64,000 nt of DNA from Octopus vulgaris (GCA_951406725.2 OX597815.1:104718001-104782000), one strand, 5' to 3'. Positions 14,975 to 27,098 are shown, numbered from the stretch's first letter. Notes: generated from the sequence alone by a model not told the origin. Program-made: numbers and translations.

Positions 14975-15160
14975 ATGGTCGGCATGAGATAAACTCTACA
15001 AGAAAGGAAGTGCCGTCAAATGGGCCTTCCCAGGATGCGCGCAGAGTGACAAAACTGTTTTGCACGCACACATCCAGTGTCCGACTATTACTGACTTGGG
15101 AAATTATGTTGAACACCTGCTGTCGTGTGAGGGACAGATCCAGCTATCGGTTGAGTCCGC
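14975..15160 (+). mobile_element. L1/Tx1-like C-terminal zinc-knuckle fragment
   Basis: Translates RDKLYKKGSAVKWAFPGCAQSDKTVLHAHIQCPTITDLGNYVEHLLS, resembling the C..C...ET..H....C motif. Confidence 0.55.
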
Positions 15161-15720
15161 TGTAAGGAGTGTCCAGTAGCCTTCTTTTGGCCAGAAAGGA
15201 AAGGCAGTTTTTATGTCTGGTGGCCTTAGTGAAAGGGTTGGTGCTGTGAACCAAAGCCAGTGGGCTTCCAACATTTTCTGCTTGTAGCATGAATTGACCA
15301 TGAAGTTCCATTTCTTTCCATTTGTTCATTCTGTTGTTCTTCTTTTCCTCTTTGAATTTTCCTACTGTTTCATTCCTTTTTTGGGTATCACTTGGCTGCT
15401 GAATGTATTCTTTCTTTACTCTGTACAACATAATATTTCAGACCTAGTATCGCAGCATAAACAGCATCTTCTGCGTTAAGTAATCCTCTATCACCTTCCC
15501 TTCTTGGAAAGGTGGAAGAGTCAGTCGGTATGACTTTTAGGATGGATTGCATTGTGCATTGTTAGCAGCTTTCTGGTTCTTCTAAGTTCTGCAGCTCGAT
15601 CTTTGTCCATTTCAGAAAGGGTGAGAGTAATCAATTTAATTTTGTTTCCAATTCTCCTTTTGTACCCTTTAGTGACGTTCTCTCTTGACCGTGATTTTGT
15701 GGAAATGGCTCGAACAACCT
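15160..15720 (-). mobile_element. R4/Dong-like LINE fragment (post-RT region)
   Basis: Minus strand gives MHNAIHPKSHTD (HPKS..DRLY-like) and RMNKWKEMELHGQF (W..K.LHGQ motif of RLE non-LTR elements). Confidence 0.65.
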
Positions 15721-15879
15721 GAGAATTTTTGTTTCGTTGTTTTTGTTATTCTTTTGTTTACATATAACTTCTCATCTTATAATATTGTATTGTATAGTCT
15801 TGTAATTACCTTCATATTTGTGTAAACTATTAGTGATAGATAAAGAATGCATTATTATTAATATTATTATTGATAGCAG

Positions 15880-16090
15880 CGATCGGTAAGAATCTTTAGC
15901 GTTTGACACAAAATGCTTAGCGCTAATATCTTCCAGTTCTTGACGTTCTGATTTAAATTTCTCCCAAGGTCGACTTTGCCTCACATCCTTTAGGGGTCCA
16001 TAAAATAAGTACCAGTTGAGCACTGAGGCCGATGTGATTGACTAGCCTCACCAATTAAAATTCTGGCCTTGTGTTAAAAATTCAAACAAT
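15880..16090 (+). mobile_element. tRNA-derived SINE (MetaSINE-like)
   Basis: aaatgcttagcg...acgttctga...aggtcgactttgcctcacatcctttaggggtccataaaataagtaccagttgag...ggccttgtg. Confidence 0.8.
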
Positions 16091-17139
16091 TATTATTGGT
16101 ACTAAATATACAGAAATTAAGGAGTATCCGTAAAAAAATAGATTAGACAAATGTGACAGAATAAAAAACGAACAAAATCTACCCGCTCCAAAAAAAACTC
16201 TAGTCGAGCAGACGTATAGTTGTTGTTATTGTTTGATTTTAGGTCATTACAGGGTTATCTCACATGTTGTGGACTCCAAATCATATTTATGAAGCAAGAA
16301 CAGAAGCGCGTTGAGTATGTGCTGTTTGATGAAAATATTGAATATATAATTCATTGACAACCATCCGATTACTTTTTATAAAAAATAAGTATTACAAGGG
16401 CCAAACAACCTTTAAATAGTATAAGCTTATTCTTGAGACATTACATGAAAATTGAGAATAAAAAATGAAGTGTGACGAATCTCTGGATTCACTGCACAAA
16501 GAGAAAAAAACTGGTAAAACAAACACATTCGCAACATGTTAAGGAAAAAAATTGTGTGCGTTAACTAAGGCATCACGATGATCTGCGAGCATAAATATAT
16601 CATAAATATATCATTAAACAAACAAATAAACCTGAACGTATTGTTGGGATAAAAAAGTAAAATACAGAAGGAATACAACTGTAATTCCTATAATAATAGG
16701 AATGCTTAGACTACTAAACAATGATAGGGATAAAAATACAAGGAAGAAGCATTATATTTTGTTACTAGCTGAACATTTGGACTTCACGTAGCACACATTA
16801 GAAGAAAATCCTTTCTATAATAGAGGAAAAGAGATAAAGCGTTAACAAGAACAACAAATGATACTTAACAAATTCAATAGTGTACACATATGCAACACAC
16901 GTTCACACGCACATCTCACACTTCATAACAAACATTACTAGCGTGTAAACGGATGCACAGAAATACAAAACAGTTATCAAGGAAGAAAGAAAATTTTTTA
17001 AAAATGGAAAAGAAATGAAAAAGTGGAGAAGAGAGTATTGAAATATTTCCAATTTGCTTACATAGCAAATAGCAAGGATTTATTTCTGTAAAGCTGACGG
17101 TAAATATGTAAGCTTACAACAATAACCATGTCTTATACA

Positions 17140-18120
17140 TTGGCACACAATCACAAATGTTGAGGTAAGAGTTTAGTTGCTTGAATCGACTCCAGTACTT
17201 AACTGATACTTTATTTTATCGATTTAGAAAAGACAAGAGCAAAGTCTACCTCGGCGAAATTTGAAAATATAATTTTGAAGGTCGTAACTAAAACACCGTA
17301 AGACATTTTATCTTTGTTCAGCTGATTCTGTCATCCACTGTCTTTAATGGTTTATAAATTTGAACTAACGTCACAATTTATAGCTTGGTTTAATTTACCC
17401 CCACTATATCACTGGTATACATTTTATTGATTTTTCAGAATTAATTATGACTTATAATGTAAAGGAGCATGACGCAATAAATAATGCAGGCATTTTGGAC
17501 TCTTTATATTTTTCTTCACTTAATTAGCTGGAATAATTATGAATTTACGTCGGGACATACTTACATTCAATTTTCCTCCGTTGATCATGATCTTAGAAGG
17601 CTATATATACTCATACAAAATATGCATATTTTTAAAGTATTAAGTTGCTTATTAACATATTCAAATTTTGGCACATGGGCGTCAATTTCGGGGAAGGCGT
17701 AAGTCGGTCACATCACGCCCAGGGATCAGCTGGTATTTTTTTATCGACCCTGAGAGGATAAAAAGCAAAACCGACCTTGGTGGAAAATGAACTCAGAACG
17801 GGAAGACGGACGAGATGCCGCTAGGCATTTTACCCGGGTGCTGAGGATTCTGCCAGCTCGCCAACTTCATAATATTCCTTTCTACTACTTTTTAATAATC
17901 GTTTCTAATATTCGTTTTCATAATGATAATATTGGTTTCAAATTTTGGTACAATGCTAAGAATTTCGGGGCTAGGGGTTAGTCGATTACATCGACCCCAG
18001 TATTCAAGTAGTACTTATTTTATCGACCTCAGTGGAATTTTAACTACGAACGTTCGAGAGGCCGAAATGCTGCGGAGCGTTTCCTCTGGCGTGCTAACGA
18101 TTCTGCCAGTTTGCCGCCTT
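17140..18120 (-). mobile_element. Three reverse-oriented copies of the MetaSINE-like SINE (~17140-17345, 17662-17863, 17933-18120)
   Basis: Each contains the reverse complement of the core (acttattttatcgaccc...aactcagaacg...gctaacgattctgccagctcgcc), with variable decay. Confidence 0.75.
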
Positions 18121-18699
18121 ACTCCATAATAATGATATTGATAATAATAATTATTTTAAATTATTATTATAATTAGAAGAAGTAGTAGTGGTAATAGAAG
18201 AAGAAGAAAAAGAAGAAGAAGAAGAAAAAGAAAAAGAAGAATCATATTTATTACAATGACAGCGAATGAAGACCATTAGAAAGAAACACAAAATAGTGGG
18301 TGAGTTTGTAAGTGTGTGTACTCCTGTGTGTATGTATGTATGTATGTATGTATGTATGTATGTATGTATGTACGTATGTATGTATGTATGTATGTATGTA
18401 TAGGAAAAGCATCTAAGACCTATCAAGAACCTCAAACTCCCGGAATACCCTACGTAGTGAAGCAAGATCTTATTTCATTGTTATAAAGAGTCGATTGTTG
18501 TCAATGGAATACTTTCGCATATAACAAGTAAACTCATTCAGTAATTTTCCAGTGAAAAACGCAGTCTTTTGAATAAACTGTAATGAAAGTAAAGTAGTAT
18601 CAAAATAATAAAATTGATAACAATTTCAATAGATGGAACAGTAAGAATAGCTGAATGCCTTTTCACCTGTACCAGCATCATTAGTAGAGTGTATTCCAG

Positions 18700-19960
18700 C
18701 TCAGTGGATTTTATAATATTCCATGGAATGAATATTTATATCCACAAAGTAGGAAAAAAAATAATCCTCACCCCTTAAGAAATAAGAATTATTTATACAA
18801 CTATTTGTTTTCAGTAAAACAACAGAAATATTAAATAAAAAAATACAATTTTAGTATTACATTACCTAATATTGTCCCGTAACTATACGTCGCAGGTAAC
18901 AACCATTTGATGACATAGCATATACAAAGGATGTAAAAAGGTAGAAAAAAAGTAGAAATCCTTACCAATCACCAAGCTGAGTGAAACGTGCATTTGAAAG
19001 AACCGTTAGTGAATTAAAGATAATAAAATACCTCAACTGATATTATTTAAGAGAATTGGGTAAAACCAATAAATATTTTAGGAAGTTATTGAAAAAGTAA
19101 AAAAGGGACACAAAAATACTATTTACCTTCATGCAGGATTAAAGTATGTATTGGAAAATAATATTCCAAGGAGATACCTTGTCCTATTTCAAAAAGATTT
19201 GTATACATATCAGAATATTTCGCAATGTATAATTTACACAAACCGCAAATTTCAGTATATTACCAGAGGATATCATAAATGCCTTTTAAAGATTTTGACA
19301 TGGCATTTAAAAGTCTGTTAGTGTTTCAGAAGATGATATCATATTGTTTGCCAGAGCAATAAATGAAAACAAGGAAGGAATGAAGAAAGCGATTAAAAGT
19401 AAGGTTATCTCTGATCGTATATCAAGATGAATAAACTAAGAAAAATCAGAGTTTGGATTAAAGAAATGTAGTTTATCTTATCCTTAAAATAAGAAGGATC
19501 AAGACAGAGGAAAGTGTTAGATTATATAAGTAAAAGCAGAAACATCGAATGAGCTCCTTAAAAGTTGGACAGTTAGAATACCTTGGAATATTGGAAGTAT
19601 ACCAAGAGCTACAAGGAGGAACGAGGTTGAAAGTGAGAAAAGAATACCTTATAAAAGTTATGGATAGTCCTACTGTTTAAGCTAATCAGCTCAAATATCG
19701 TGATTCGGATGAAGACAAGGGTGATTTTTCTACTTATATATTTGGCACTTTTTCATTGTCTGGAATAGAGAAGAGTTACAAGGATTAAATAGAGAAAAAA
19801 ATCTCATATAGATTTAATTTTTTCGACTAGACAAGCACATCCTGTAGATGTCTACTCAGTCGTTGACTCCGAGGTAGGTTGAACTTCGTTGATACTATTA
19901 TTATTGAAATGGAGAAACTTGACAGGTTTCTCCTAAGTAGATAACCTGTGTCGGAAGGAT
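18700..19960 (+). mobile_element. Very degenerate R4/Dong-like RT relic
   Basis: Eroded motifs in the correct order: DDIILFA (~19332), EFGLKKC (~19449), EYLGILE (~19576), VRKEYL (~19633). Confidence 0.6.
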
Positions 19961-20143
19961 TCAGGACATAACTTAATACTGATATAATGAATAAACTGGA
20001 AGATCACAAGAAAAAAAAATTAATAGAGCCAAATTATTCCTAAATTCTACTGTCCTGCTATGATTAAGATTGATCGAATTTTTAATGTTTCAGTATAAAG
20101 AAAACAGGCGATTTAGGTTACTGTTTTGGAAAGTAATAATCAG

Positions 20144-20193
<50 letters not shown>

Positions 20194-20513
20194 AGAGAGA
20201 GAGAGAGAGAGAGAAGAGCCTAGAAAGATAGGGAAATAGATAGCTAGTAAGCCTCATGTAAGTGATTGTTATCATAATACTTCTTATGGTTTTACGAGCT
20301 GCGATGAATTCATCCATAACCACCGTGAACTTCTCCATGACTGGAAAATCGAGCAAGAACTACAATGAAGAAATATGAAGAAAAGAACAAGCTCATACTG
20401 AAGAATGTCAAAGGGAAGAACCGACGAGTAATAGCAGTGCTCGCCTGTCGATTGCACTGGCGTGGAATTCGTGTCACAAGACAGGAATTAAATTTAAATA
20501 ACAATATGTATGT

Positions 20514-20553
<40 letters not shown>

Positions 20554-20589
20554 CCCTTTCTTCCTAGCTCTTCTAACTACCTTTGCCCA

Positions 20590-20788
20590 GTCAATCGCCA
20601 CGATTGACAGCTAACTCCAAAACTTTTTTTTTATTCTCACTCTGTTTATTTCCTTGTCTTCCTTTCTGTTGAAGAGCATAGGCTCGAAACGTAAAAGACT
20701 TTCTCACCTTCACGAGCATCAAACTAATACACCTGTTTGTTGTTTATACACCTGTCTTCGTCTGTTGTTTTTCTGTAAATTTCAACTA
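20590..20788 (+). mobile_element. Solo PLE terminal-repeat element with a family-A hammerhead-like motif (20661-20699)
   Basis: cctttctgttgaagagcataggctcgaaacgtaaaagac...aatacacctg...gtcttcgtc; lies between (TA)n tracts; homologous to the 3' end of the PLE at 8686-8820. Confidence 0.75.
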
Positions 20789-20793
20789 TATAT

Positions 20794-21437
20794 TGTACTC
20801 TCACGTGCTCGCACCAGTTTTATTCTGCTTTAATCTCCTGCACTTCGGAACTTACTTCTACCTGAAATTTTTGCACCTCTCCTCATCTATACACCAGCAT
20901 TCCACCTAGATTACTACTGGATATACATAAGGATTTCAATCGACTCTTCCGCTGATGAAAAATTGCTCCCATACACCACGACGTTTGAACCTTTTTGAAT
21001 TTTTTTGAACTTTCTGTTTTTTCTTAATCTGTTTTTTTTTACTCTGTTTTATCTTAATCCGTACGTTGTTACTTTGCCTCTCTCCCTTTCTTTTCGTTTT
21101 CGTCTTCTCTTCTTCTTTTCTTCTTCTTTTCTCTCCGATTCTTCTTTTTCTTTCTCCTCACGACTTTTGAATTATTTGAATTCTTTTGAATTTTTTGAAC
21201 TTTTATACTCCGTACGTCATAAGATGCTCCATTCCGGAACTCTTGTTCGCACACCCTGGTCGCCCACCGGGAAATACAAAACGAACATTTTTCTGTTTAT
21301 CGTACTTCGATACGAAAAAAAAATCCACAAACTTCCACCTCAATAAACCACTATTGTCCCTGGAAGTTGTTTTTTGTATTTACTACGGATTGCTTGAAGC
21401 TAACTTTCTTCCTACACCTCGTTACTTGGATTTTACA
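20794..21437 (+). mobile_element. Candidate solo LTR (644 bp)
   Basis: TGTA...TACA termini, AATAAA about 90 bp before the end, and tatat on both sides (trivial in a TA context). No coding remnants. Confidence 0.45.
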
Positions 21438-22480
21438 TATATATATGTAAGAAATAATTTTACTCATGTATGTGACTGTATATAAATATTTGTAATACAT
21501 CTCTACACACTTTTTGTGTTACTCAACGGGAAGTAACTCAAAAAGTAAAACAGACATAATTTGTAGGTATTGCAGTTGCTGTGGCTGTGGTGTTGGTGGC
21601 GGCGGCGGTGGTGGTGGTGGCGACAGTGACGTTGTTGATAATGTGAATAGCGAAATAGATAAATATATAGAGAAGCAGTGAAACACAAGAAGAGAAGGTA
21701 TAATTTAGACAAATAGAGGAGAAAATGAGAAATGATGGCGGCGACAGCGACGGCGGTAGAGGTTGAGGTGATGGTGGTGGTGGTGGTGGTACTTATACTG
21801 AAGCGTCAGAGTAAGAGAGAAAACAAGCGACATAAAAGATAGCTCATTATGGGGGAGGAAATGGGAGAGCGAGAGAGTGTAAGTAAATCAGAGAAGGTTT
21901 TGTAAGAATAAGAATAAACAAGTAAGAGAAAGCAGAAAGTTGAGAAGGTTAAAGTGATACAGAACGGGAGTGGGAGAAATCATGAATGTAATGTAGCAAA
22001 ATATATGACGTCACAGCCTCTTTAGTTTATCTCATCCTCTCATTCCCTCCCTTTCTCTGCATTTATAGAAAGTATATTTGACGTGCATCCTACTTTAAAT
22101 AACAACACGATTAGTTGAAATTTTGCTAGACGAATGCTGAGGTTTGTGTACATGTAAGTTTATATTTATATGTGTCATCATGTGTGTATGTATGTAAGTA
22201 TATGTGTATGCAAATATATATTTCATAGTTTTCAATATATTTCCGACATTCTTACAGTTCATAGAAGCCGTGGAAGTTTCCGATATATACTAATGCTTTT
22301 CGATTAATATTTCTTTCTGTAAAACTTTAACGTCATATTTTGTTGAGAAAATTCTTCAACAACTACGAATCAATTTCGTTGTGAATGTTCGAATCATGAA
22401 TTTGAGCCCTCTTCGGATATCTAATCCCTCTTAATAAAGGATGTTTTCGTTCTCTTCTCTCACTCTCCCCCTTTCTCTTC

Positions 22481-22576
<96 letters not shown>

Positions 22577-22862
22577 ACATACATACATACATACATTCAT
22601 ACACACACACACACGCGCACACACATATATATATATATATTATTATATATATGAAACAGGGACAACTGAAGAAGGGGAATATTCCTTGTGTTGTATATCT
22701 TGTACTCTGTTTTTTCGTTGTTTGAAAAAAAAGTTATATTCCATGTCTTTGTTTTTATGTTTTCGTTTCTCATTGTGTTCACCGTTTTTTTTATGTCCTG
22801 TACCTATCTATGCATGTATATATACATATAGATGTAGATATGTACATATATGTCTGTATATA

Positions 22863-22929
<67 letters not shown>

Positions 22930-23271
22930 GCTTGTATACATATATAGGTATATACATATATATATATACATGCTTGTATACATATATAGGTATATACATA
23001 TTCATACGTGCACACAAATATGTGTATATGTGCGTGTGCGTGCGCGTGCGCGTCTGTATAATACAACATTTATTCCATAGTTTACAGTTGTTTCAGCGAA
23101 TATAGGCGACCAAATTGTTCTCCCTTTGTTCGAATTCTCCTTTATACAATTTCAGATAGCCGCCGATGTTTGAGTGCTTCCAGCGGTAAACACCTGGATT
23201 CTCAATCCCTTCTACCTTACTATATATATGTATATATATATATATATAAGTATATATACATATATATATAC

Positions 23272-23422
<151 letters not shown>

Positions 23423-23944
23423 AATATATACATTTATATGTATATATATATACACGCACACGCACGCACACACACACGCGCACACACTTGTTCGTGGCGA
23501 AAAGTGAGGATGCGTGCTCGACGCTGCAGTGGTGGATAAATACAATATTTGTGGAATTTCGGTACTACTGTAGGTTTCCCAATTTTTAAGTGCACTAAAA
23601 AAATGATGGTAACCTGTCATTACTTTGAATATAGCTTCGAGGGATACCACAAAGTGTCAAAAATTATTAGGTGAAATATGAAATAAGCAGAAAAGAGAAG
23701 ATAAATATAAAATACTTTAGCAATTGTTGTTTCCCTTACGAATATATTAGTATTGAAAATAGTGCATTTCAGGAGATATTTCATAAGTTTGTCTACAAGA
23801 TGAATAAAACATTAGATACATACGTACATACATATATTTGCGTGTGCTTCTGTGTATGTTGTGTGTGTGTGTATGTATATGCACACACTCACACACACAT
23901 ATGTACACATACACATATGTGCACACACACACATATAAATATAT

Positions 23945-24169
23945 TTCTTTTACTTGCTTCAGTCATTTGCCTGGGGCCATGCTGGGGCATCAACTTAGAG
24001 AGATTTAATCGTATGACTGCACAATAGCTCTTTATTCGTTTAAAGCCTGGTGTTTATATTATAGGTCTCTTTTGACGAACTGCTATGTTACTGGAACATA
24101 AACCAACACCGGTTGTCAAACCGTAGTGTGGAACAAACACTCACACACACACACACACACACACATTCG

Positions 24170-24215
<46 letters not shown>

Positions 24216-24355
24216 TGTATATTTCCGTCAACCAAATGCAAGGACAAAGGCTTTGGTCCGGCTCCATGGAAGAAGACTCCTCCTCAAGGCCTTGAAGTAG
24301 GACTGAACCCAGAACCATGATGTTGGGAAGAGAACTTTTTAGCAGCCCAGCCTGT
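23945..24355 (-). mobile_element. tRNA-derived SINE (second family, with an internal microsatellite)
   Basis: Reverse-complement homologue of 47106-47665 (gggactgaaccc-type B box, gttgggaag, ttgtcaa, cagtcattt...gccatgctgg). Confidence 0.7.
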
Positions 24356-24362
24356 AATTATA

Positions 24363-24407
<45 letters not shown>

Positions 24408-24411
<4 letters not shown>

Positions 24412-24644
24412 ACAATAAAGGAACGGCCATAATAGGCCATTCACCCACTAGAAATAACAGCCAAAGCTTCAACCGCAAATAAAAGTTAATTCAGTAAACC
24501 AGGAGAAAATTTAAAAACATTTACCCTGTAAATGTTTTTAAATTTTCTCCTGGTTTACTGAATTAACTTTTATTTGCGGTTGAAGCTTTGGCTGTTATTT
24601 CTAGTGGGTGAATGGCCTATTATGGCCGTTCCTTTATTGTTGAT
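24408..24644. repeat. Perfect inverted repeat, 117-bp arms, 3-nt loop (cct)
   Basis: 24408-24524 is the exact reverse complement of 24528-24644, checked base by base. Confidence 0.97.
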
Positions 24645-24744
24645 GTTGAACTTAAAAATGGTCTATGACTATTTTAATTTTTTCCTACTAGGCCGCTGGT
24701 GGCAAAAGAATTCTACAAAATTTTTTTTTGCCACCCTATATTGA

Positions 24745-24789
<45 letters not shown>

Positions 24790-25336
24790 TTCATTTATCT
24801 ATATATCAGTCTACGTACCTCCCCATTCCTGTATATACATATAGTTATTAGCGACAGAAGCAGTATCCATACCAAAAGGCAATTTTCAAATCCAGTTTAA
24901 CGTGGATGTATTGGTAGCGTTGTTTAACTTGAGAGGATTTCTCATATGATGCATAGAAGTACATATATCTATATTGTTGGCAGAGGAAAATCGTGTTCTA
25001 CGGGTGCCTGAACGGCCAGATCACGTGATTTGATGTGCCAGATCTCTTTAGTGACAGACGTCTTGTAGCTGCATACCAGCGAAATCTCAGTGTCGGCAAT
25101 ATATGGAATTTGTGTAACCGTGCAGAGGCACTGATGCCGCAAATAGCCAACAGGTTTATTAAAAAGTAATCGACTGATAAAAGCGACCGATCAAATAATT
25201 ACCAGGTTTAACAAAAATGAAAGTACTGGGGTCGATTCATTAAACTAAAAATTCTTCAAGATACTGCGATGCTTGGGCAGCATCTAAGGATGTGTGAGTG
25301 TATGTATATATCCATATATATATATATACACATATA

Positions 25337-25394
<58 letters not shown>

Positions 25395-25730
25395 CATTTA
25401 TATATATATATACACACTAGCCCTTGTATATTTGGGTGCAGATCACCTCAATTCTCATCAGCGGCTCTTAACGTCAACCTTATAAGAAAAACCGTTGAAA
25501 TCATGTTGATTTTCAAAATGGTAAATGTGTAAATAACAAATTAAAAGGGTGGTTTATTAGCAATTAGGACCTAAAAGCAAAATACATTAAGGTCACACAA
25601 GTGACGGAGGGGGCTTACAAACACTGCTTATGCTAAAATAAGAGTTAAATTAACTCTAAATGCACTAAAGAACAATACTTATTGAGTAACAAAGGGAGGT
25701 AATTGCCTAGCGTACACAGCCGTATAGTGA

Positions 25731-25768
25731 TTTCGAATTTTGGTGCAGACCACCTTAATTCTCATCAG
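25731..25768 (-). ncRNA. Hammerhead-like motif with canonical core (family C); second partial copy ending at 25461
   Basis: Minus strand CUGAUGA-GAAUU-aa-GGUG gucug CACC-aa-AAUUC-GAAA. Stems I and III are imperfect in this copy. Confidence 0.55.
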
Positions 25769-25830
25769 TCATTAGGTATAGCTCTTTAGTGGCTTTGAGT
25801 TAATTTAACTTTTACTTTAACACACACATA

Positions 25831-25874
<44 letters not shown>

Positions 25875-25899
25875 AATGCATATATACACACACATGTAA

Positions 25900-26322
25900 A
25901 CGGAGATGTACTTGCATAGCAAGTGACCTGATCTGAGATCGTGTGCTGAAACAAAAGCAATTGCAGCAATTTTGACAAATTAGATTTAAATGTTGAAGTG
26001 AATCTAACGGTTTTTGTGTGTTTCTTAAATGGCTTGTAAACACCTTCCACGCTGCAATTGCGTGTATATATATATATATATGCAAACAATTGCAGCGTGT
26101 TAGGTGTTTATAAGCCATTTAAGAAATACACAAAACCATTAGATTCACTTCAACATTTAAATCTAATTTGTCAAAATATTTTCGTCGCTTTGAGACCGCA
26201 ACCTGTTCACTGACAACATTCCGTGCTTATAAATGGCTTATAAACACTTTCTATGCTGCAACTGTTTTCGTTCCAGCACACAATCTCAGATCAGGTCACT
26301 TGCTATGCAAGTACATCTCCGT
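25900..26322. mobile_element. Rearranged (TA)n-embedded element with nested inverted repeats and a hammerhead variant
   Basis: Outer IR 25900-25968 / 26254-26322 (acggagatgtacttgcatagcaagtgacctgatctgagat...). Inner IR 25969-26060 / 26087-26177 around a (TA)n spacer. Confidence 0.85.
26168..26216 (-). ncRNA. Hammerhead-like motif with G3-C8 swapped core (family B)
   Basis: Minus strand UUGUCA-GUGAACA-G-GUUGC ggucucaaa GCGAC-GAA-AAUAUU-U/UGACAA: 6-bp stem I, 5-bp stem II, palindromic stem III. Confidence 0.6.
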
Positions 26323-26340
26323 AATATATATATATATATA

Positions 26341-27098
26341 AATTGAAAGGTATAATGAATAAACGCTCTAATTGGTCAAAACAACTTTATATCACTCCCA
26401 TATTATCCTAAATTGAATATAAATATATATTATAACATCAGGGCAATAATAAAACACAATAGTATAAAATATACACAAATATACGAATAAAAGTAATAAA
26501 ACCTGAAAGGGTAATAAGAGCGAAGTCGAATGAAGAAAAATATATGGATTAAATTAATGCATGATAAAAGTGACTAAAAATTTAAGGCAATGCAACTGAA
26601 ATAATATAAATATAAAAATAAAAGGCAAAGTAGTAATCAGAAAGAATCCATTCAAATCCATCTCTATGAACGTTTCCAAAGAAGTTGCCTCATTTCGTCA
26701 ATGTAAAAACCATTAAGAGCTTTACATTGAATAAATGAGGCAACGTCTTTTGAAACGATCGTGGGGATGGTTTTGAATGAACAATTTTCTGGTTATCACT
26801 TTGCCCTTTATATTTATGTTTATACTTATATCATTTTAGTTTCATTGCTTTAAAATTTTATTCGCTTTTATTATACATTAATTTAATCCATATATTTTTC
26901 TCTAGTCATCTTCACTCGTATTACTCTTTTAGGTTTAATCACCTTTTATTCGTACATATTTGTATATTTTTTTTATTGGGTTTTACCACCGGATGCCCTG
27001 ATGTTGTAAGAAATATTTATATTCGATATATAATAATATGGGAGTGTTATAAAGTTGTGTTGACCAATGAGAGCGTTTATTCATTATACTTTTCAATT
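26341..27098. repeat. ~760-bp diverged palindrome (arms ~370 bp, loop ~26707-26720)
   Basis: aattgaaaggtataatgaataaacgctct...gttgcctcattt..tcaatgtaaa is mirrored by tttacattga..aaatgaggcaac...agagcgtttattcattatacttttcaatt. Collinear along the whole length with many substitutions. Confidence 0.92.

Noticed and set aside
22670-22710. ctgaaga-aggggaatattcctt hammerhead-like start (also ctgatga at ~7627 and ~20952)
   Set aside because: No GAAA after a stem II and no NUH/stem I; incomplete or chance matches.
23545-23600. Minus-strand ...gtacCGAAAUUC-cacaaa, a possible decayed hammerhead
   Set aside because: The 5' core reads cuuaaaa rather than CUGANGA; unsupported without a family consensus.
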